Assembly (NCBI GenBank): GCA_002269645.1
Contig: NIVC01000558.1
Location: 372,001-436,000, forward strand
Direction of reading: 5' to 3'
Length of the DNA stretch: 64,000 nt
Source: Macrostomum lignano
Lineage: Eukaryota
Positions 41,382 through 55,188 of the stretch are shown piece by piece (position 1 is the first letter of the stretch; every line of letters starts with the position of its first letter). The notes under the pieces are model-generated. The model saw nothing but the letters and a program-made list of their open reading frames with translations, had not been told where the DNA came from and made no database searches. The translations under genes were made by a program, and so were the position numbers.

Positions 41382-41525
41382 GTCTACCGGCCGCTCTACA
41401 TGATGGACTGTCGAGGCGGTGGAGGCGGCGGCGGTCCCCCAGACTGCCTGGCGATGCAGGAGCACTTCGCCCCGATCAACCGCAGCAACCACACCTTCGG
41501 CAGAGCTGTGCCCGGGTCGCCAAGG
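41382..41525 (+). CDS. Protocadherin cytoplasmic exon 2 (48 codons: VYRPLYMMDCRGGGGGGGPPDCLAMQEHFAPINRSNHTFGRAVPGSPR)
   Basis: Acceptor ccttccacttgcag| and donor AGG|GTAAGC. Phase 0/0, matching exon 1. GC-rich, coding-like island in AT-rich repeat DNA. Linkage to the protocadherin is inferred from strand, phase and position. Confidence 0.75.
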
Positions 41526-41899
41526 GTAAGCGAGGAACACCACCTGCTTGCTTGGAGTTGGTGATGGCATTGAATGCAAACATCTGCTGCTGCCATTGGG
41601 ATATAATTCACAATTATCCCTACGCAGAATAGGATATTTATCCTTTCTCTCCTATCGCTGTGCTGACTCTGTTCTGCAGATGGGATGAAAAAAAAGAAAT
41701 TAGGGACTGTTATGGACCAGTGTTATTCTGACCATATGATGAAGTTATTTTTTCTAATTTTACAAAGAAAATTCAGTTTTCTGACTTTTGAATTTTAGAT
41801 TCGAATTTGTCTGCTTTCTGTGGGCGTCTGTATGTCTAAAAATATTAATAGTAGTCAATGTCTTCTAGACTTAAATTACATTTAAGGTCGTTTTATAAC

Positions 41900-42200
41900 T
41901 TTCTTGACGTCTCTAGATATTCAGTAGATTTCTGTAGATATTCACTAGATTTCTCTATATTTCCATTAGATCTCTGTAGATATTCAGTAGATATCTCTAG
42001 ATATTTACTAGTTCTTTCTAGATATTCAATAGATTTCTCTAGATATCCAGTAGAGTTCTCTAGATATTCACATAATTTCTCCAGATATTCACTAGATTTT
42101 TCTAAACATCCACGAGATTTCTAAAGATTTCTACTAGATCTTTCTAGATGTCCACTAGATGTCTCTATTTTTTACACTAGATCTCTCGATCTTCAGACAT
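41900..42200. repeat. Degenerate TCTCTAGATA-type repeat
   Basis: Seen directly. Confidence 0.75.
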
Positions 42201-42756
42201 CTATGTGTACATGTTTGAGAAGTCTCAAATTAATTCACTAGAGAAGTTTTTTCCGTATTTCTCTAAATAGACAGATAATCCAGACGATCGCTGATGCCAC
42301 AACCAACAGAAGCACTATATATAAAATCATTTCATCATATTTCTGATTTCTATCCAGTTATAAAATATCACACACACACACTGCGCCACCAACTATGCAA
42401 AGGAAGTCAGGCATATTGGGGGTGGATTTAATCCTAACTAAACTGACCCAACTGACCCAATAAATATGATTGACAATTGGTCGTTCCATAGGAAGAGAGA
42501 GGAGACAGAGGGGCTGCCGCTACGCACACACTGCCAGCTAGTGGTGGACAAAGCGTTGCTATTAAATAGCCTTTGAACTGAGACCCTGGCGGCCCACGTG
42601 AGCCCACGTGACACCATTTTTTACTTTTTCATCTCTCGCCCTCTGCAGCATTGATTTCGCCACTTCAGTCATCAGAGTCTAATAATTGGGCTAGACATTT
42701 TTTCTACTTCTCAACTGGGTCTTTAAATTTCTGCTAACCCCCGACTTATTATCAAT

Positions 42757-42950
42757 TAATAATAAAAATTGATTACACCTGCCCCAATTGGGCCCCAGAT
42801 GTGCAACCGACAGCTCAGCCGCAGCTATTAATACCCTCAATTGCCGCAGCTAATGCTGGCACCCATTTTACAGCTGGGTGAACTGGAGCGGGATCGGGAA
42901 TCGAACCCCCGACCTTCAAGTCGTGAGTCAGACGCTCTAATCACTAGGCC
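42757..42950 (-). mobile_element. tRNA-derived CORE-like SINE, copy 2 (internally deleted)
   Basis: Shares agatgtgcaaccgacagctcagc..., caatt.c.cagctaatgctggcacccattttacagctgggtga and gaatcgaacccccgaccttcaagtcgtga with copies 1 and 3. Lacks about 45 bp of the body. Has a TTA-rich tail. Confidence 0.75.
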
Positions 42951-43552
42951 TGTAAACATCACAGAGGTCTAGATTTGGGCCCAGCAGTCACAGATCTCCC
43001 TGTGTTTGAGAGCGTTGACTAGAGGACCTTACTTTTAGTGACTGACTATTGCCAACCTCGGACTTCGGACATTTGTTAGTCAGAAAAAACATAAAGAGGG
43101 ACTTTAGGAGCAATTTTTTTGGGGAAATTTTCAAGACTGCAAAGTTTGTACAATATGACACTTTGCAGCGAGGGACAAACAAACCTGTTTTTTTTCTAGC
43201 CTATAAATCGTTTCTATTAAAGTCACTCAATGTTTCTGGGGCCATACTTTGTCAGAGCTTGGCAAACATCACTGTTTGCGAGGGCAGGGAAAGTATAGAA
43301 CTCTTTCCTACATAGTGTGACAGAGGCCATATAATATCCCTTAAGTTATACTCCCCCAAATCTCCCCTTCCTACAGCCCGTGTTTGCAAGTTTGCTCACC
43401 CATACAGCGGGGTCTGGGCTGGGGGGGGGGGCTGGAAGTTTGAGAAGGTAAAACATTAAAGCGACTCGGTTAAGTTCCGTCAGTGAGACAAGCCGCATAA
43501 TGTGTGCTCAAATATCTGAGCACAGACAGACACAGCTCGGGGGTTCGGACAC

Positions 43553-43685
<133 letters not shown>

Positions 43686-43844
43686 GCTCGATTTTTACCG
43701 TCTCAGCCATGTCCTGAGAAATCTTTCAATTTCTTTCGGCACAGAGCAAGTCTTCCGGCTTTGGCCAAAACTGTTTCTAGGAAACACTACACTTGCACGT
43801 AGAAATTACCTTTTGGATAGCGATCTCTGATCTACCTGTTTGGC

Positions 43845-44070
43845 TGTCTACTGTCTACTGTCTGACTTGTCTGGCTGTCTACTGTCTATCGTCTACTATC
43901 TACTGTCTACTGTTTACTGTCTACTTGTCTACTGTCTATTGTCCACTGTCTACTGTCTACTATCTACTATCTACTGTCTACTGTCTACTGTCCACTATCT
44001 ACTATCTACTGTCTACTTGTCTATTTGTCGACTTTCTACTTGTCTACTGTCTACTATCTACTGTCTAATA
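43845..44070. repeat. (CTACTGT/CTACTAT)n 7-mer repeat
   Basis: Seen directly. Confidence 0.9.
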
Positions 44071-44569
44071 TCTACCTTCTACTCTCTACTTCTCTCTGTT
44101 CTACTAATTATTTACGCTCTACCATCCTTTCTTCCCAACTCTAATTCTCATTTCTAAGAATTCTTCGAAGTAAAACCCAAAATCTGTTCGCTGCATCTGC
44201 AAAAGCAACAGCAGGCAGAAATTTTGCTACAAATGCGCCCCAAATTGACTCTCAAGGGAATCCGAACAAGGAATCTGCGCGATTGCGTAACACCCCATCG
44301 TCCATCCGGTTAGCAGTAGATAAATTAAAAAATATCTAACCTGCTGAATGACCCGAGAAAGATTTCTTAGCCTGTTATCGCTCTTTGCTGCTTTTCAATT
44401 GCTTGTGAATCAATCAGCAAGTTGCTTTTAGTGCCTCGGAAGGCAGATAAGGTGATAATTTCTGCTTTTTTGATGTAAAGAGGCCACAGTTCCTGTGCAA
44501 CTTTCAGCTAGCTGAAGTGAAACAAATTAAAATGTTTAGGGATACATAATGCTTCCCGATTCGCTCCTG

Positions 44570-47500
44570 AGTGCTTCCTGATTCACTCCTGAGTGCTTCC
44601 TGATTCACTCCTGAGTGCTTTTTGATTCACACCTTAGTGCTTCCTGATTCACTCCTGAGTGCTTCCTGATTCACTCCTGAGTGCTTTCTGATTCACTCCT
44701 GAGTGCTTCTTGATTCACTCCTGAGTGCTTCCTGATTCACTCCTGAGTGCTTTCTGATTCACTACTGAGTGCCACTGATTCACTCCTGGGTGCCTCTGAT
44801 TCACTCCTGATGAGTGCCTCTGATTCACTACTGAGTGCTTCCTGATTCACTCCTGAGTGCTTCCTGATTCACTCCTGAGTGCTTTCTGATTCACTCCTGA
44901 GTGCTTCCTGATTCACTCCTGAGTGCTTTCTGATTCACTCCTGAGTGCTTTCTGATTCACTACTGAGTGCCACTGATTCACTCCTGATGAGTGCCACTGA
45001 TTCACTCCTGATGAGTGCCTCTGATTCACTCCTGTTGAGTGCCTCTGATTCACTCCTGATGAGTGCCTCTGATTCACTCCTGATGAGTGCCTCTGATTCA
45101 CTCCTGGTGAGTGCCTCTGATTCACTCCTGGTGAGTGCCACTGATTCACTCCTGGTGAGTGCCTCTGATTCACTCCTGATGAGTGCCTCTGATTCACTCC
45201 TGATGAGTGCCACTGATTCACTCCTGATGAGTGCCTCTGATTCACTCCTGATGAGTGCCTCTGATTCACTCCTGATGAGTGCCTCTGATTCACTCCTGAT
45301 GAGTGCCTCTGATTCACTACTGAGTGCCACTGATTCACTCCTGATGAGTGCCTCTGATTCACTCCTGATGAGTGCCTTTGATTCACTCCTGATGAGTGCC
45401 TTTGATTCACTCCTGATGAGTGCCACTGATTCACTCCTGATGAGTGCCACTGATTCACTCCTGATGAGTGCCTTTGATTCACTACTGATGAGTGCCACTG
45501 ATTCACTCCTGATGAGTGCCTCTGATTCACTCCTGATGAGTGCCTCTGATTCACTCCTGATGAGTGCCTCTGATTCACTACTGAGTGATTCCTGATTCAC
45601 TCCTGAGTGCTTCCTGATTCACTCCTGATGAGTGCCTCTGATTCACTACTGAGTGATTCCTGATTCACTCCTGAGTGCTTTCTGATTCACTCCTGAGTGC
45701 TTCCTGATTCACTCCTGAGTGCTTCCTGATTCACTCCTGAGTGCTTTCTGATTCACTACTGAGTGCCACTGATTCACTCCTGGGTGCCTCTGATTCACTC
45801 CTGATGAGTGCCACTGATTCACTCCTGATGAGTGCCACTGATTCACTCCTGATGAGTGCCTCTGATTCACTCCTGATGAGTGCCTCTGATTCACTCCTGA
45901 TGAGTGCCACTGATTCACTCCTGGTGAGTGCCTCTGATTCACTCCTGATGAGTGCCACTGATTCACTCCTGATGAGTGCCACTGATTCACTCCTGGTGAG
46001 TGCCTCTGATTCACTCCTGATGAGTGCCACTGATTCACTCCTGATGAGTGCCACTGATTCACTCCTGATGAGTGCCTCTGATTCACTCCTGATGAGTGCC
46101 TCTGATTCACTACTGAGTGCCACTGATTCACTCCTGGGTGCCTCTGATTCACTCCTGATGAGTGCCTCTGATTCACTCCTGATGAGTGCCTCTGATTCAC
46201 TCCTGATGAGTGCCACTGATTCACTCCTGATGAGTGCCACTGATTCACTCCTGATGAGTGCCACTGATTCACTCCTGATGAGTGCCACTGATTCACTCCT
46301 GATGAGTGCCACTGATTCACTCCTGATGAGTGCCACTGATTCACTCCTGGTGAGTGCCACTGATTCACTCCTGGTGAGTGCCTCTGATTCACTCCTGATG
46401 AGTGCCTCTGATTCACTCCTGATGAGTGCCACTGATTCACTCCTGGTGAGTGCCTCTGATTCACTCCTGATGAGTGCCACTGATTCACTCCTGATGAGTG
46501 CCTCTGATTCACTCCTGATGAGTGCCTCTGATTCACTACTGAGTGCTTCCAGATTCACTCCTGAGTGCTTTCTGATTCACTCCTGAGTGCTTCCTGATAC
46601 ACGCCTGAGTGCTTCCTGATTCACTCCTGAGTGCTTTCTGATTCACTACTGAGTGCCACTGATTCACTCCTGGGTGCCTCTGATTCACTCCTGATGAGTG
46701 CCACTGATTCACTCCTGATGAGTGCCTCTGATTCACTCCTGATGAGTGCCACTGATTCACTCCTGATGAGTGCCACTGATTCACTCCTGGTGAGTGCCAC
46801 TGATTCACTCCTGGTGAGTGCCTCTGATTCACTTCTGATGAGTGCCTCTGATTCACTCCTGATGAGTGCCTCTGATTCACTCCTGGTGAGTGCCACTGAT
46901 TCACTCCTGATGAGTGCCACTGATTCACTCCTGGTGAGTGCCTCTGATTCACTCCTGATGAGTGCCTCTGATTCACTCCTGATGAGTGCCACCGATTCAC
47001 TCCTGATGAGTGCCTTTGATTCACTCCTGATGAGTGCCACTGATTCACTCCTGGTGAGTGCCACTGATTCACTCCTGGTGAGTGCCTCTGATTCACTCCT
47101 GATGAGTGCCTCTGATTCACTCCTGATGAGTGCCTCTGATTCACTCCTGATGAGTGCCACTGATTCACTCCTGATGAGTGCCACTGATTCACTCCTGATG
47201 AGTGCCACTGATTCACTCCTGGTGAGTGCCTTTGATTCACTCCTGATGAGTGCCTCTGATTCACTCCTGATGAGTGCCACTGATTCACTCCTGATGAGTG
47301 CCACTGATTCACTCCTGATGAGTGCCACTGATTCACTCCTGGTGAGTGCCACTGATTCACTCCTGGTGAGTGCCACTGATTCACTCCTGATGAGTGCCAC
47401 TGATTCACTCCTGATGAGTGCCTCTGATTCACTACTGATGAGTGCCACTGATTCACTCCTGATGAGTGCCTCTGATTCACTCCTGATGAGTGCCTCTGAT

Positions 47501-49655
47501 TCACTCCTGATGAGTGCCTCTGATTCACTCCTGATGAGTGCCTCTGATTCACTCCTGATGAGTGCCACTGATTCACTCCTGATGAGTGCCACTGATTCAC
47601 TCCTGATGAGTGCCTCTGATTCACTCCTGGTGAGTGCCACTGATTCACTCCTGGTGAGTGCCTCTGATTCACTCCTGATGAGTGCCACTGATTCACTCCT
47701 GATGAGTGCCTCTGATTCACTCCTGATGAGTGCCACTGATTCACTCCTGGTGAGTGCCTCTGATTCACTCCTGATGAGTGCCACTGATTCACTCCTGATG
47801 AGTGCCTCTGATTCACTCCTGATGAGTGCCTCTGATTCACTACTGAGTGCTTCCTGATTCACTCCTGAGTGCTTTCTGATTCACTCCTGAGTGCTTCCTG
47901 ATTCACTCCTGATTGCTTCCTGATTCACTCCTGAGTGCTTCCTGATTCACGCCTGAGTGCTTCCTGATTCACTCCTGAGTGCTTTCTGATTCACTACTGA
48001 GTGCCACTGATTCACTCCTGGGTGCCTCTGATTCACTCCTGATGAGTGCCACTGATTCACTCCTGATGAGTGCCTCTGATTCACTCCTGGTGAGTGCCTT
48101 TGATTCACTCCTGATGAGTGCCTCTGATTCACTCCTGATGAGTGCCACTGATTCACTCCTGATGAGTGCCACTGATTCACTCCTGATGAGTGCCACTGAT
48201 TCACTCCTGGTGAGTGCCACTGATTCACTCCTGGTGAGTGCCACTGATTCACTCCTGATGAGTGCCACTGATTCACTCCTGATGAGTGCCTCTGATTCAC
48301 TACTGATGAGTGCCACTGATTCACTCCTGATGAGTGCCTCTGATTCACTCCTGATGAGTGCCTCTGATTCACTCCTGATGAGTGCCTCTGATTCACTCCT
48401 GATGAGTGCCTCTGATTCACTCCTGATGAGTGCCACTGATTCACTCCTGATGAGTGCCACTGATTCACTCCTGATGAGTGCCTCTGATTCACTCCTGGTG
48501 AGTGCCACTGATTCACTCCTGGTGAGTGCCTCTGATTCACTCCTGATGAGTGCCACTGATTCACTCCTGATGAGTGCCTCTGATTCACTCCTGATGAGTG
48601 CCACTGATTCACTCCTGGTGAGTGCCTCTGATTCACTCCTGATGAGTGCCACTGATTCACTCCTGATGAGTGCCTCTGATTCACTCCTGATGAGTGCCTC
48701 TGATTCACTACTGAGTGCTTCCTGATTCACTCCTGAGTGCTTTCTGATTCACTCCTGAGTGCTTCCTGATTCACTCCTGATTGCTTCCTGATTCACTCCT
48801 GAGTGCTTTCTGATTCACTACTGAGTGCCACTGATTCACTCCTGGGTGCCTCTGATTCACTCCTGATGAGTGCCACTGATTCACTCCTGATGAGTGCCTC
48901 TGATTCACTCCTGATGAGTGCCACTGATTCACTCCTGATGAGTGCCACTGATTCACTCCTGGTGAGTGCCACTGATTCACTCCTGGTGAGTGCCTCTGAT
49001 TCACTCCTGATGAGTGCCTCTGATTCACTCCTGATGAGTGCCTCTGATTCACTCCTGATGAGTGCCACTGATTCACTCCTGATGAGTGCCACTGATTCAC
49101 TCCTGGTGAGTGCCTCTGATTCACTCCTGATGAGTGCCTCTGATTCACTCCTGATGAGTGCCACTGATTCACTCCTGATGAGTGCCACTGATTCACTCCT
49201 GATGAGTGCCTCTGATTCACTCCTGATGAGTGCCTCTGATTCACTCCTGATGAGTGCCACTGATTCACTCCTGATGAGTGCCACTGATTCACTCCTGGTG
49301 AGTGCCTCTGATTCACTCCTGATGAGTGCCACTGATTCACTCCTGATGAGTGCCACTGATTCACTCCTGATGAGTGCCACTGATTCACTCCTGATGAGTG
49401 CCACTGATTCACTCCTGATGAGTGCCACTGATTCACTCCTGATGAGTGCCACTGATTCACTCCTGATGAGTGCCACTGATTCACTCCTGATGAGTGCCAC
49501 TGATTCACTCCTGATGAGTGCCACTGATTCACTCCTGATGAGTGCCTCTGATTCACTCCTGATGAGTGCCACTGATTCACTCCTGATGAGTGCCTCTGAT
49601 TCACTCCTGATGAGTGCCTCTGATTCACTCCTGATGAGTGCCTCTGATTCACTCC
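44570..49655. repeat. ~5-kb satellite of 24-bp (gagtgcctctgattcactcctgat), 22-bp and 21-bp units with higher-order block structure, inside protocadherin intron 2
   Basis: Seen directly. Long runs of 24-mers are punctuated by clusters of 22-mers (gagtgcttcctgattcactcct). Confidence 0.98.
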
Positions 49656-50209
49656 CGTCACCTCTCTAGAGCTAAAGAGAATACCACTACATTAAAAAAC
49701 TGTTTTTAACATCATATATGACCTAACAGAAATTTTCATAGTTCAAGGTAAACAACTATGCGAAGTTAATAGGTTAACAAGTTTGTGGAACAAGCATGGT
49801 GCCTGACTGATTTATATTACCTCATTCCGTGATCTCCACAATGGGGAGTGGGCAACTGCAGTCACCTCTGTTTGCCAAACAGGGGTATCTGTATCTGCAG
49901 GGGGCCTGCTGTCCCAGCTGCGTGGTGATAAATGAACGCAGGGTATTCTGGTCTGTTTGCGGCTTCAAGGTACGAATGGTAGGAACAAGCTGGTTGGACC
50001 GCTGCATCACTGAACATATCCTGACAATCCTGCATTGACAGCCTGTAGGCAGAGCCAGGGAACTGTTTAGAACCTCATCTATGAATTCCCCAAAATATGA
50101 ACTGGAAGCTGAATTTATGGAAAGGTCAGTTTGAAATTTCAGCGGGAGATGGTGCACTTGCAGACTGAATGAAGTGACACGAAATTGACGTGACTGCATA
50201 GGTATTGAA

Positions 50210-50520
50210 TCGGTGTCAGTGGATGCCAGTCTGGGGGTGTCAGGGGTGCCAGTTTGGGTGTCAGGGGTGCCAGTTTCGGTGTCAGATGTGCCAGTTTGGG
50301 TGTCAGTAGATGCCAGTCTGGGGGTGTCAGGGGATGCCAGTTTGGGTGTCAGGGGATGCCAGTTTGGGTGTCAGTAGATGCCAGTTTGGGTGTCAGTAGA
50401 TGCCAGTTTGGCTGTCAGGGGATGCCAGTTTGGGTGTCAGTAGATGCCAGTTTGGCTGTCAGGGGATGCCAGTTTGGGTGTCAGTAGATGCCAGTTTGGG
50501 TGTCGGAGGTTGCCAGTTTA
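50210..50520. repeat. ~22-bp minisatellite (gatgccagtttgggtgtcagta)
   Basis: Seen directly. Confidence 0.9.
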
Positions 50521-50879
50521 AGTTTATTATGATCAAGCCGCAGATTTTATCCCTCAGCTACAATGTTGTGGCATCCGCTTATTTATGAAATCCAGCTACA
50601 GCTAAAGAGATTAAAATTCAAAAAATAGCCGAGGTAGAAGCTTACCAGTTTATCCTGCTACCGGCATAACAACGGATAAAAGGTCAACTAAGAATTTATT
50701 GTTGTCAGGCACACACATCATTTACAACTTGCTTTACCAACCTTATTTTTTGTGTCAGTCAAGCTACTGATGAAGATGAGACCTTGGGGAGGCTGAGCAT
50801 GAAGTTTAACATTATTTGAGTTCAAAGAACGGCAACTTTGATAATCAGTGGAGTTGAGTATAGTGCAGTGTTTACCTGA

Positions 50880-51625
50880 TAACTCTCTAGAGCTGTCCTA
50901 CGACTCTCTAGATCTACCTAGATAACTATAGATCTCACTATATCTCGTTAGTTATTTAGTTCTCTCTAGAACTCTCTAGAACTCTCTAGAACTCTCTATA
51001 TCTCCCTAGAACTCTCTAGAACTCTCTAGAACTCTCTATATCTCCCTAGAACTCTCTAGAACTCTCTAGAACTCTCTATATCTCCCTAGAACTCTCTAGA
51101 ACTCTCTAGAACTCTCTATATCTCTTTAGAACTCTCTAGAACTCTCTAGAACTCTCTAGAACTCTCTAAAACTCTCTAGAACTCTCTAGAACTCTCTAGA
51201 ACTCTCTAGAACTCTCTAGAACTCTCTAGAACTCTCTAGAACTCTCTAGAACTCTCTAGAACTCTCTAAAACTCTCTAGAACTCTCTAGAACTCTTTAGA
51301 ACTCTCTAGAACTCTCTAGATCCCTTTAAGGACTATTTAGATCTGACTAGGACTCTCTAGATCTCTCTAGAACTCTCTAGAACTCTCTAAAACTCTCTAA
51401 AACTCTCTAGAACTCTCTAAAACTCTCTAGAACTCTCTAGAACTCTCTAAAACTCTCTAGAACTCTCTAGAACTCTCTAGAACCCTCTAGAACTCTCTAG
51501 ATCACTTTAAGAACTATTTAGATCTCTCTAGAACTCTCTCAGAGCTCTCTAGATCTCTCTCAGAGCTCTCTAGATCTCTCTCAGAGCTCTCTAGATCATA
51601 CAAGACTCTCCAGATCTCTCGACTT
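50880..51625. repeat. 10-bp repeat (tctctagaac)n
   Basis: Seen directly. TCTAGA palindromes recur at about one helical turn. Confidence 0.95.
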
Positions 51626-51752
51626 TATAGATCTGTCGAGAACTTCCTCTTTGGCTATCCTGAAGTTTCTCGATCTTAAACACGAATATCTGCCGCCTTC
51701 ATAAATGCTTATTGTAATTTTAATAATCACCATTCCTTCTCTTCCACTACAG

Positions 51753-52061
51753 CCTCCGCCAGCAATGCTCTCTTGCTCAGGCGGCCTGGCTCCAGTCTCT
51801 CAGAGCCAGCAGCAGCAGCCGCCGCCTCATCAGCCTCATCACGAGCGTCGCAACTCCGAAGACGCCAGCGTGGACGACTCCGGACGAGGCGGTTCCGTTG
51901 AGGACATCAAACCAGGCGTAGGCGGAGTCCTTGGCACCTTCGTGTCGCCGGCTTCAGCCAGCAGCGGCAGCGGCGCCACAATCAGGAGGGGCCAGCAGCA
52001 CCAGCACGCCAGCACCCTCCTGGTCAGACCGGATCCCAGCGCCTCAGGCACCATGATCTGA
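51753..52061 (+). CDS. Protocadherin terminal cytoplasmic exon (PPPAMLSCSGG...DDSGRGGS...PSASGTMI*)
   Basis: Acceptor ccttctcttccactacag| is phase 0, compatible with exon 2. GC-rich coding-like sequence with a DSGRG motif and Q/P-rich segments; stop TGA at 52059-52061. Confidence 0.72.
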   Translation, partial: PPPAMLSCSGGLAPVSQSQQQQPPPHQPHHERRNSEDASVDDSGRGGSVEDIKPGVGGVLGTFVSPASASSGSGATIRRGQQHQHASTLLVRPDPSASGTMI

Positions 52062-52349
52062 TCTGGAACCGTCGCCAATGACCTTCCTTGTCCCCTCCTT
52101 GTACTGGCTTTCACGCAGCTAGACAATATCATAGATAGATAGAGACTTAGAGTACGTTTTCTGGCTTTTAATTTAGCTTGCAATAGTAATTAATGAGCAC
52201 TGCTGCTTTGATATGAGTAATGCTTTCCGTGTTTTCGTGTTGATTTAGAATTGCTTTTTTGTGTGTCCGTGTGCACTTATTCTTGCCATGGATTGTTGTT
52301 CATCCTGTTGTGCGTACTTTGCCTCTCTGCTCGCATCTAGTCTTCTGTC

Positions 52350-52575
52350 ATCTCCTCTCCTCTCCTCTCCTCTCCTCTCCTCTCCTCTCCTCTTCTCTCC
52401 TCTCCTCTCCTCTCCTCTTCTCTCCTCTCCTCTCCTCTCCTCTCCTCTCCTCTCCTCTTCTCTCCTCTCTCCTCTCCTCTCCCCTGATCTCCTCTCCTCT
52501 CCTCTCATCTTCTCTCTTCTTTCCTCTCTTCTCCTCTCCTCTCTCCTCTCCTCTCTTCTCTCCTCCCCTCTTCTC
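52350..52575. repeat. (CTCCT)n microsatellite
   Basis: Seen directly. Carries the same ctgat/ctcat variants as 16880-18265. Confidence 0.95.
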
Positions 52576-53264
52576 TTAGCCAGCTTTGAACTCGAGTCAC
52601 AATATCAAATCAGATAGTTGTGTCATCTTTACAAGCGTACCACACAGTGGATAAAATATTAAAGTACTTAATTAAATTAACTACACCCAATCTAAGTTTG
52701 GGAAATGTCTTATTATAAACACACCCCATATGCTACCAACCGTAGCTACCTAGCTACAAGCATCCTCCATTTTTCTTTGTGAATCTTTTCCTCCTGACCC
52801 ACAGCAACAGACTCTGTGACGCCCGTGATAACAATGGCCTGCCGCTTTGATGGAGCAGAAAATCATTTTTAAATTCGCAAATGAACAAACCAGCTCTTTT
52901 AAAATTGATTAATTAAACTCCTATGAGCGCAAAAGCTTTTCAAGCGGATTTGTCGGATATTTTTCGAGTTTCTGTCAGTCAATTCAACCTTCAATCAGTT
53001 TGCTTTTTCAATGCCCTGTGTACATTGAAAATATGGTAGCTTGCTTGCTTGTAGTTGAGAAATTTCTACACAATACTTACTTGCGCTAGAAACACTTTGT
53101 GTCCGACTTGTGTACATAAATTATCTGAATTATAATTTGTAATTTTAATAAACTATGTATTCATAGCACTGCGCGCCCTTCTGTCATATAAAACACACCT
53201 GATTTTGCTGATGTATTCTGAGTCAGACAAGCTAATTCTACGTGACATGTGTCAGTCATTTCTG

Positions 53265-53912
<648 letters not shown>

Positions 53913-54027
53913 AGTACAGCTTGGTAAAATAAAAAAGAATAAAATTGAAACTGGACTCTCAGCAGACATCTGGCTTGGTGGATTAATATATTTCTTGTTT
54001 CTAATCTTTTTTCATGTCCAATCTGAG

Positions 54028-54437
54028 TCAATAAGCATAGAATGCCGCCTCCGCCACTGTAATAATTTTATTGGCAGCGTCAGAATATCTGTGATTAATT
54101 TTGATGTCCTTGACAGAGTTGTACTTGCACTGGTCCTGAACGGCATAGTATTTGCCTGGAAGATATTTTTTATCAAATCGGCAGACCTTCGCATTGTTAG
54201 GCATGACAACTACTTGGAGAATCCTGCTGCCCTCTCTGCAGCAGCCGTACTTGCCCCAGACAATGACGCCCCTCAAGTTTATTGCAGTGTCGAATTTGTA
54301 TACAAAATGCGTTCCACTTTCTGGATCCGTAGGCTTGGAGTGCAGCTTGTGCAGCGCCTGTCCGTAGGAATGCACGTCATTGTCGATTGTGCGCTCGCAA
54401 TTCGGCGTGCTCTCCCGGCAGGAGACTTTCACCTTTT
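54028..54437 (-). CDS. Exon 2 of secreted Cys-rich protein: F-type lectin / F5-8C (galactose-binding-like fold)-like domain
   Basis: Acceptor gccatttcag|54437 is phase-compatible with the phase-1 donor at 55286 (A+AA=Lys). Translation has F-type lectin landmarks: CERTIDND (cf. AxRAIDGN), HSK (cf. HT), [13 protein letters not shown] (cf. VxITNRxDCCxER) and [10 protein letters not shown] (cf. LxLCEVEVY). Ends at a stop codon. Confidence 0.7.
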
Positions 54438-54627
54438 CTGAAATGGCAGTTTCGGAGTCGGGGGTGAGGTTCTCAGAGGCTTATTTTTTATTAGAGGCAG
54501 GGGGGTTGTGTGCACCCGGGCGCACTTTAAGCGACATTGGCACACAACCGGCGAGAGGCATTACTGGCCATTCCGCCGACTCCCCTGAGCAGGCACACAA
54601 GCGCGCGGATACGTAAGCAGTCACACA

Positions 54628-54844
54628 CTCACACAGGAGTGTACAGCGGCCCTAACTTTATATTATCGTTAGGCATGTACACTTCACTGCGCCTTGGGGG
54701 GTTGGCTCTCAAGGCCGTTAATTGCACGAGCAGAGCCAAGCCGAGATTCCAAATTAGCCCCAAATTAATGCGACTGCACTTGGAATCGAGCCTGGGTCGC
54801 TGGCATACCAGAGCAGCTGCGCTACCGCTGGGCTACGGCCCCCC
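54628..54844 (-). mobile_element. Second tRNA-headed SINE-like element
   Basis: The minus strand begins ggggccgtagcccagcggtagcgc...ggctcgattcc (A box and B box) but has no clean acceptor or anticodon stem. Its distal motif ggccgctgtacactc(c)tgtgtgag recurs at 36683-36706. Confidence 0.5.
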
Positions 54845-54920
54845 TTCTCAGAGGCTTACTTAAGAGTGTTCTTTCGACCTTTCGTTTAAGTTCTAGACTT
54901 TCTCGAGGTAAAAGAGACAA

Positions 54921-55188
54921 AATAAATAATAATAATCATAATCGATAGCACCTGTCCCATTTGTGCCAGATGTGCAACCGACAGCTCAGCCGCAGCTATT
55001 ACCAATGCTCAGTCCAAGGCCTGGGGGTCGCCACAAACCCTCAATTACCCCAGCTAATGCTGGGTGAACTGAAGCAATGCAGAGTTAACTGTCTTGTTCA
55101 AGGACACAAATTGTTCCGAGTGGTATCGGGAATAGAACCCCCGACCTTCTAGTCGTGAGTCCGACGCTCTAACCAGTAGGCTACAGCC
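54921..55188 (-). mobile_element. tRNA-derived CORE-like SINE, copy 3, in the intron of the lectin-like gene
   Basis: Head ggctgtagcctactggttagagcgtcggactcacgactagaaggtcgggggttctattccc, body gtgtccttgaacaagacagttaac, (TTA)n tail. Homologous to copies 1 and 2. Confidence 0.78.

Noticed and set aside
44570-49655. CRISPR-like array (palindromic ~24-bp repeats)
   Set aside because: Units are head-to-tail with no unique spacers, there are no cas genes, and the context is a eukaryotic intron.
44913-49669. Long repeat ORFs (SASDSLLM, SESEALIR, VNQRHSSG) as real repeat proteins
   Set aside because: Several frames on both strands are open simply because the units are multiples of 3. No signal peptide or unique domain, and the ORFs lie inside an intron.
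54771-55188. Functional tRNA genes
   Set aside because: A/B boxes are present but the cloverleaf stems are broken, and the sequences continue into dispersed SINE bodies.
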